A DNA stretch of 64,000 nt from Candidatus Omnitrophota bacterium (lineage in GTDB: Bacteria; Omnitrophota; Gorgyraeia; Duberdicusellales; 4484-171), in assembly GCA_021735655.1 (NCBI GenBank), contig JAIPGM010000002.1, positions 192,001-256,000 of the forward strand, given 5' to 3'. The notes under the pieces were generated by a model. It was not told where the DNA came from and did not search any database. It was given only the letters and a program-made list of their open reading frames with translations. A program made the translations under genes and the position numbers. Below, one piece after another: positions 58,341 to 64,000 of this stretch (position 1 is its first letter; every line of letters begins with the position of its first letter).

Positions 58341-59744
58341 TTAATCTTCTCTTATAATTTCAATAAGAGCCTCCACCACCTGTGGATTAAATTGAGACCC
58401 TTTACTTTCATTTAAGCGCTCGATTGCCTCTGCAACTTCCATAGCCGGCCGATAGGCTCGGACTGAAACCATGGCATCATAAGCATCAGCAACTGAAATA
58501 ATTTGCGTACAAATATCCATTTTTTTACCCTCAATTTTATCAGGATATCCTTTTCCATCGTAGCGTTCGTGATGAGAACGAACAATCGTCAATAACTGCT
58601 CATCAAAGGCCACTGGTTTTAAAATGTGCTCACCGATTATTGGGTGATTTCTGATTATTTCCCATTCTTCTTCGGTAAGACGGGTCTTTTTGTTTAGTAT
58701 GTTTTTCTGAATGCTGAGCTTTCCAATGTCATGAAGCTCAGCGGCTCGCTTAAGTAATTCTATCCTTTCGGGAGATAATTTCATTTTTTGGCCGATTTTT
58801 TCGGCATATTCAACAACCCGATCAGAATGTCCGTGAGTATAGGGATCCTTAGCCTCAAGAATTCGAATTAAAGCCTGCATTGCCCGATAAAAATAATCAC
58901 GCATTTTGTTTTGGGATTTAGATAAACTCTTAGCCATAGTATTAAAAGATTGAGCTAACTCACCAATTTCATCATGCCCCTTAATACTAACTTGATATTC
59001 TAGCTCACCATTAGCTAGATGATGGGTACCTTCGACTAATCTCTCAATACGATCGGTAATTCGCCAAGAAATAATCATGCCCAAAACCACTGAGAGCATA
59101 ATACCGACGATAAAAACTAACATGGCTCGGTTGTGGACTCGCTTGCGCAAATTATAAACCGAATCAGCCATAATATCGACTCCTAACATGGCTATAGCTT
59201 GACCGGCTTGATTAATTATCGGTGCATAACCTGACAAAGTGGCCCCCCACTCATCAATTTCTAACTTTGTGTCAGCCGACGGCCCATCAAAAGCTTTCAA
59301 CATTTCCGGAAAACGTGAGGCATCATATTTGTCACCCGGATAAGAAGTAAGTCCTTGCTCTATATCCTCGGGTGTATAGCCTGAAGGATCAACAATAAAT
59401 TGCCATACCCCCTCCTCTTCTGTCTTAGCTAAGGTATAAATATATTTAATTTGAGGGTTGACAGATCGAACCTTGTTCAGTTTTTCAGCAATTACTTTAA
59501 AATTTTCAGTCTGTATGCCCTTCTTATTTAACGGTATTTGAATGAGCTTATCCGGGTCAACCAGTAAAGCCGCGGTTTGAGCTATGATCTTAAGTTTATC
59601 GCGCAAATCATTAAACTGGCTATTTAAAGTGTATTTATAGATTAGGAAATTACTGAGGGTTCCAGAAAGAAGCATACAAAAAATAAAGGCCAAAGTAACC
59701 TTTACTTGAAAACCACGCAGTGGCTTAAAGGTAATCCGTTTCAT
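58341..59744 (-). CDS. HD-GYP phosphodiesterase with extracytoplasmic sensor and HAMP
   Basis: Two TM flanking sensor domain, HAMP, HDIGK and HHERYDGKGYP. Confidence 0.8.
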   Translation of the reverse strand: MKRITFKPLRGFQVKVTLAFIFCMLLSGTLSNFLIYKYTLNSQFNDLRDKLKIIAQTAALLVDPDKLIQIPLNKKGIQTENFKVIAEKLNKVRSVNPQIKYIYTLAKTEEEGVWQFIVDPSGYTPEDIEQGLTSYPGDKYDASRFPEMLKAFDGPSADTKLEIDEWGATLSGYAPIINQAGQAIAMLGVDIMADSVYNLRKRVHNRAMLVFIVGIMLSVVLGMIISWRITDRIERLVEGTHHLANGELEYQVSIKGHDEIGELAQSFNTMAKSLSKSQNKMRDYFYRAMQALIRILEAKDPYTHGHSDRVVEYAEKIGQKMKLSPERIELLKRAAELHDIGKLSIQKNILNKKTRLTEEEWEIIRNHPIIGEHILKPVAFDEQLLTIVRSHHERYDGKGYPDKIEGKKMDICTQIISVADAYDAMVSVRAYRPAMEVAEAIERLNESKGSQFNPQVVEALIEIIRED

Positions 59745-59752
59745 ACTTAAAT

Positions 59753-59762
59753 ATTATACCAA
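59753..59762 (-). promoter_or_regulatory. extended -10 (TGGTATAAT) 8 nt upstream of the HD-GYP start codon (leaderless)
   Basis: Minus-strand TTGGTATAAT ATTTAAGT ATG; no SD. Confidence 0.4.
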
Positions 59763-59808
59763 AGTTAGATCGTTTTGATAGGGATAAAAGATATGCTTTC
59801 GGCGAGAA

Positions 59809-62790
59809 TTAAAACATTTCGATAACCAAAGTAAATTTATCTACCAGTTCAGGATCAAATTGAGTCCCAGAACATCTTCTTATTTCTGCAACAGCTTCTT
59901 CTTTGCTCACGCCTAGGTGATAAGGACGAACATTAGTCATAGCATCATAGGAATCTAAGATAGTAAGTATTCTGCACTCTAAGGGTATTTGTTCCCCTTT
60001 TAATCCAGTCAAATAACCCTTACCATTCCACCACTCATGATGGTAAAGAATCAAATTTGCAATATGCGATAATTCTTTAGAACGGCTAGCTATGATATGG
60101 CCGATCTTTACATGTTCCTTCATTTTTTCATATTCTTTTTCCGATAGTCTTTTTGGTTTAAATAAGATTTTATCCGGTATTCCTACCTTACCTAAATCAT
60201 GCATTTTAGCTAAAAGATCAAGGTTTCTTTTCTCATTGTCAGAAAGAGCTATAGCATCGGCCATTTTATCGGCCAAGACTGAAAGTCTCTCTAGGTGACC
60301 CTGAGATATAAAGTCTCTTTCCGATAAAGCAGCTACTAGCATCTCGATAACCTTATTTTCAGGAATTTCAGGCTTAGCTGAGCGATCCTCATACATATTA
60401 TCGTCGGCTCGCTGATAAACATCATAAACGGTTTCTTTTCCGGTATCTTGAGCGGTGGCCACACCAATTGAGATATGCATCGGGACTACTGGTTTCTTAC
60501 TATTATAAATATTGATTAACTTTTTTATTTTATCTCGTTTAACTAAGGCTTCCTTATAATCAACCTGTGGCAATATAATACAAAACTCATCACCACCAAC
60601 TCGAGCAATCAAATCCATCTTTCTAAAAGGAGTAGTTATGACCTTGGTTGCTGCGACTAATAACTTATCACCACTTTTATGGCCAAAGGTATCATTAACT
60701 AGTTTCAGCCGATCGATATCCAAAGATAAAATACTTAAAGGTAATGAACGGGAAAAATCTTTGCTTAAACGAGCCATCTCCTCAGCAAAAAAGGCACGAT
60801 TATAAATACCGGTGAGCGGATCATAGGAATTAACGTATTTAAGATGCTGCTCGCTTTGTTTTAATAACCTCTCGGCCCTTACGCGTTTTGTGATATCGCG
60901 GATATTGCACTGAATAATTTTCTTACTTCCAACCAAATAAAGACTACTAATTAGTTCAACCTCTACCTTTTCACCATTTTTTTTCTCAAGAGTCAAATTA
61001 TCATAGCGTAGGCTTTTTTCACTCCTTAGTTTTTTAAAAGCTTGCCAAGCAGTGTCATTGTTCTTTGCAAACCCAAGATTGCAAAACTCATTACCAATAA
61101 TTTCCGATTCTGAGTAACCCAACATATTGACTAAGGCTGGATTAACGGCAATTATTTTTTTCGACAAGACATCAATGATCATCATACCATCGCAAGCAGT
61201 TTCAAAAAGACGACGATAGCGAGATTCCGAAGATTGTAGGGCCCTCTCTGCTTTCTTTCGCTCAGTAATATCACTATGTACCTCAACTGCAATTCTACCA
61301 CATTCCGAATGATCAATCAGTGAAGACTTTACATAACACCAAATACGAGCCCCATCCTTCTTTATGTTTTCGACCTCCCCTTTCCATTCGCCTTCCTTTT
61401 TTAAAATAAGTGCAATTTTATCCTTAATTTCCTTAGGGGTTCTATTGCCTGGAGCATTAATTACCGAGATGTCCTTGCCAATCAGCTCCCCGGATTTATA
61501 ACCAAACATTTTTTCAAATTTAGAATTTGCAGAAATAATCTTGGCATCACGCAAACAAACTAAAACAACCCCTTCGGCTAGATTTTTCATTACTTCATTG
61601 TTAATGACCAACTCATTTTGGATTTTTTGTTTTTCGGTAACATCTTCTCCAGAGCCTAATGTTGAAATAATTTTCCCGTCATTGTCACGTAAAAATGAAT
61701 TATGCCAACCAATGATTCTTTTTTCTCCAGAAGCAGTCAAAACGTTGTTTTCGAAATATTCAACCGGAGCCAATTCCCCAGAAATAAGCTGACTATATAC
61801 TTCTTTAACTTTAGCCCTTTCATCTTCAGGAATAAAATTATCAAACCAATTTTTTCCAATAATTTCTTGTTCAGAATAACCTAATATTTCACATCCCTTT
61901 TTATTGATTAGGCTGACTTTCTGATCAGAATCAATCACGATAATTATGACATTGGCAATTTTAAGATATTCCTGAATGCGCGCCTTTTCCCCCTTTATAT
62001 CTTTTAGGGCTTTTCTCTGCTCATCAATATCTTGCACTTGAAAAACAAAATACAAAGGCCTACCGTCAACACCACAAACTAATGAAGCAGTTAAAAGAAT
62101 CCAGATTACTTCTCCGTCTTTGCGAACATAACGTTTTTCAATGCAATAATAAGGTAAACTCCCCTTTAGCATCTTCTCAACGTAATCGATCTCAATGCCG
62201 ATGTCCTCAGGATGAGTTATTTCCTGAAAATTACTACTTAATAATTCTTTCTTCGAATAGCCTAAGATTGAACACAAAGATTTATTAACTTTTAAAAAAG
62301 TACCATTAGGCTCAACTAAAGCTATGCCGATTCCGGAAACCTCAAACATAGTTTTAAAACGCGATTCACTTTCGTTTAAAGAATGGATTAATTCTTGATT
62401 TTTGGTGGCGTCTTGAAAGATACCTTGGACTACCGGTTTGCCACCAGAAAAAGTTAACAAAGTAGTTATCAAGACTGGTTTTACTTCTCCGGTTTTAGTT
62501 ATTATCTCTGCCTCGCGGATAATTTCCCCATTTTGCTTTATCAGCCGTTTAAACATTTTAACGTATTCTTGGGATTTCTCAGGCGGATGGATTGAAGACT
62601 GGTGCATTCCAATAAGTTCTTTTCTTTTTCTGGCAAAAAGATTTTCAGCGGCCTTGTTACACTCTATGATTAAACCAGATTCAGCTTCGGCCCAAAGGAT
62701 AGCAACTCGTGTATTATCGATTAAGGATTTTTTTAACATAAAACCGCCAAAAATAAAAAAAGCGTCAGTTTTTCTAACGCTTTTGAACAT
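59809..62790 (-). CDS. multi-PAS GGDEF plus HD-GYP bifunctional c-di-GMP enzyme (start uncertain: 62790 or Met18 at 62739)
   Basis: About 5 PAS/PAC units, intact GGDEF (RVGGDEF), HD-GYP (HDLGK, HHEWWNGKGY). Confidence 0.8.
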   Translation of the reverse strand: MFKSVRKTDAFFIFGGFMLKKSLIDNTRVAILWAEAESGLIIECNKAAENLFARKRKELIGMHQSSIHPPEKSQEYVKMFKRLIKQNGEIIREAEIITKTGEVKPVLITTLLTFSGGKPVVQGIFQDATKNQELIHSLNESESRFKTMFEVSGIGIALVEPNGTFLKVNKSLCSILGYSKKELLSSNFQEITHPEDIGIEIDYVEKMLKGSLPYYCIEKRYVRKDGEVIWILLTASLVCGVDGRPLYFVFQVQDIDEQRKALKDIKGEKARIQEYLKIANVIIIVIDSDQKVSLINKKGCEILGYSEQEIIGKNWFDNFIPEDERAKVKEVYSQLISGELAPVEYFENNVLTASGEKRIIGWHNSFLRDNDGKIISTLGSGEDVTEKQKIQNELVINNEVMKNLAEGVVLVCLRDAKIISANSKFEKMFGYKSGELIGKDISVINAPGNRTPKEIKDKIALILKKEGEWKGEVENIKKDGARIWCYVKSSLIDHSECGRIAVEVHSDITERKKAERALQSSESRYRRLFETACDGMMIIDVLSKKIIAVNPALVNMLGYSESEIIGNEFCNLGFAKNNDTAWQAFKKLRSEKSLRYDNLTLEKKNGEKVEVELISSLYLVGSKKIIQCNIRDITKRVRAERLLKQSEQHLKYVNSYDPLTGIYNRAFFAEEMARLSKDFSRSLPLSILSLDIDRLKLVNDTFGHKSGDKLLVAATKVITTPFRKMDLIARVGGDEFCIILPQVDYKEALVKRDKIKKLINIYNSKKPVVPMHISIGVATAQDTGKETVYDVYQRADDNMYEDRSAKPEIPENKVIEMLVAALSERDFISQGHLERLSVLADKMADAIALSDNEKRNLDLLAKMHDLGKVGIPDKILFKPKRLSEKEYEKMKEHVKIGHIIASRSKELSHIANLILYHHEWWNGKGYLTGLKGEQIPLECRILTILDSYDAMTNVRPYHLGVSKEEAVAEIRRCSGTQFDPELVDKFTLVIEMF

Positions 62791-62940
62791 CTAAGCTGTT
62801 TTTTAGTTAATCTATTTATTTGTTTTTTCCACATAATATTTCGTGGCATATATAATATAACACGATTTTAACATATTATCAAGGTAATTTAGGCAATCGG
62901 CCGACCGATCCAGCAATAAAATATTGCTCAGTAAGGATTT

Positions 62941-63648
62941 TTAAGATTTTTTTAATTTAAGGTAGGCTTGTCTTCTGGCCTCAGGAAATCTCTCAATGGC
63001 ATATCTAACTGTGATTCGGGGCATTTTTAGCTGATATTTACTTAAAAACCTCTCCTCTAACGACTGGTCACGCTTACCAACCTCACGTAACATCCAACCA
63101 GTTGCCTTATGAATTAAATCTTCTTTGTCGCAAAGTAACATTTTAGCTACTTTTAAAGTATCTTTAAACTGATTATTTTTTATGAAGTAAGCTGTTGAAA
63201 CAATGGCTATTCGTCTTTCCCAAAGGTTCTTTGATTTCGCTAATTTAAATAAAATGCTTCGGTTCTTATCCCAAAGGTAAGCCCCAACAATATTGGCAGC
63301 AGTTAAATCAACTAAGTCCCAATTGTTAACATAGCTGGTGTTTTGTAAATATAATCTATAAATTTCGGCTTTCTTGCCAGTAGTAGCTTCTTGAAATTTT
63401 AAAACAAGAATTATCAGTGCTAATAAGCGTTCTTCGTGAATTGGTGATTTAATAAGTTTTTTTAAAACAACCAGGCTTATATTTTGATATTCTTTGGCAA
63501 GTTTACGAATTTGAGGCACAGTGACTCCGATAAAAATATCACCTTCAGCATATTCACCGGAACCAGTTTTAAAAAAACTCTGTAAGATTTTAGCTTTTTT
63601 CTTATTACTATAATTAGCAAGAGTCTTTTTAATCTGCGGCAAAGTCAT
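62941..63648 (-). CDS. DNA alkylation repair protein (AlkD/AlkC-like HEAT-repeat glycosylase)
   Basis: 235 aa, DNA_alkylation family pattern (ILQSFFKTG..Y..GD.F.GV..P..R). Confidence 0.65.
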   Translation of the reverse strand: MTLPQIKKTLANYSNKKKAKILQSFFKTGSGEYAEGDIFIGVTVPQIRKLAKEYQNISLVVLKKLIKSPIHEERLLALIILVLKFQEATTGKKAEIYRLYLQNTSYVNNWDLVDLTAANIVGAYLWDKNRSILFKLAKSKNLWERRIAIVSTAYFIKNNQFKDTLKVAKMLLCDKEDLIHKATGWMLREVGKRDQSLEERFLSKYQLKMPRITVRYAIERFPEARRQAYLKLKKS

Positions 63649-63696
63649 AACATTGCAATTTGAAGCCCAGAAACATCAGCTTAGAGGCTTTTTAGA

Positions 63697-63897
63697 CTAA
63701 ACTTTTTTTCTAACTAGCCGCTTAATGTTTGTCGGTGGCTTTTGTATGCTTATTCCACTTCTTCGTAAAGCTTTCAACATTCGGTCGTAAACTTGATAGA
63801 GCGTTCGGCCTTCAGTGAGGTGGTTGAGACACAAGGCAGCATAACCTTTACGGTTTTCCATCTTAAAAATCCTTACCTTTTGAACGCTAATTTTCAT
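63697..63897 (-). CDS. hypothetical 66-aa protein
   Basis: Strong AGAGGAGG RBS; no family recognised. Confidence 0.35.
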   Translation of the reverse strand: MKISVQKVRIFKMENRKGYAALCLNHLTEGRTLYQVYDRMLKALRRSGISIQKPPTNIKRLVRKKV

Positions 63898-64000
63898 GCT
63901 TACCTCCTCTCTTCTTACTTTACCAGTTATTCTGCTCCATTCGCTTACGATTACAAGAACCCCTTTGCTTCATTTTTCCAACAAATTCATCTTTGTAAGA

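Noticed and set aside
1-64000. CRISPR arrays, rRNA genes, transposases, IS terminal inverted repeats
   Set aside because: No regularly spaced direct repeats were seen; no DDE, integrase or recombinase motifs in any ORF; no rRNA-like GC-rich blocks.
1-64000. Alternative genetic code (UGA recoding as in some CPR lineages)
   Set aside because: ORFs terminate cleanly at TGA, TAA and TAG, with full-length family-typical protein sizes and tight gene-to-gene coupling; no in-frame TGA needs recoding.

Overview
This is a low-GC (about 36-38%) bacterial chromosomal window that uses the standard genetic code; coding density is high and operon organisation is clear. The + strand carries a probable acetolactate synthase C-terminal fragment, ilvD, the rod system mreB-mreC-mreD-mrdA(PBP2)-rodA, a B12-binding radical SAM gene and a short DUF2344 ORF. 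A minus-strand polyamine cluster follows (nspC, carboxyspermidine dehydrogenase, SpeH-like pyruvoyl decarboxylase), then tRNA-Thr(CGU), an MFS transporter, a complete rnfCDGEAB operon with an RseC-like gene, and purN. The most unusual locus is a 1015-aa internally duplicated FtsH with two complete AAA+ modules and two M41 protease modules. It is co-operonic with a TPR lipoprotein and divergent from hflK-hflC. After purU comes a polysaccharide-utilisation-like cluster: a sugar ABC binding protein and two permeases, two paralogous clan GH-A glycoside hydrolases, an internally duplicated CBM-like secreted protein flanked by strong RNA hairpins, and a TonB-C-like protein. A long housekeeping operon follows (MEMO1-like, DUF1844, Trm112-like, aroQ, pepP, efp, accB, accC, Asp23-like, PPi-type pfk, gmhA, heptose adenylyltransferase, unknown ORF, thiC) and ends at tRNA-Gly(CCC). 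Downstream lie a LysM/M23 peptidase, a degenerate-P-loop ATPase-like protein, a metallophosphoesterase, a HIT protein, and a c-di-GMP-rich region with three HD-GYP proteins (one fused to PAS-GGDEF), two PilZ proteins and a pilin. The same region holds SPOR, SH3b, M50 protease, aroB, the AmmeMemoRadiSam radical SAM enzyme, an orphan RHH gene and alkD. One recurring feature is near-consensus sigma70 promoters placed 6-10 nt upstream of SD-less start codons, implying leaderless mRNAs at at least six genes. No CRISPR array, rRNA or obvious transposase was seen.
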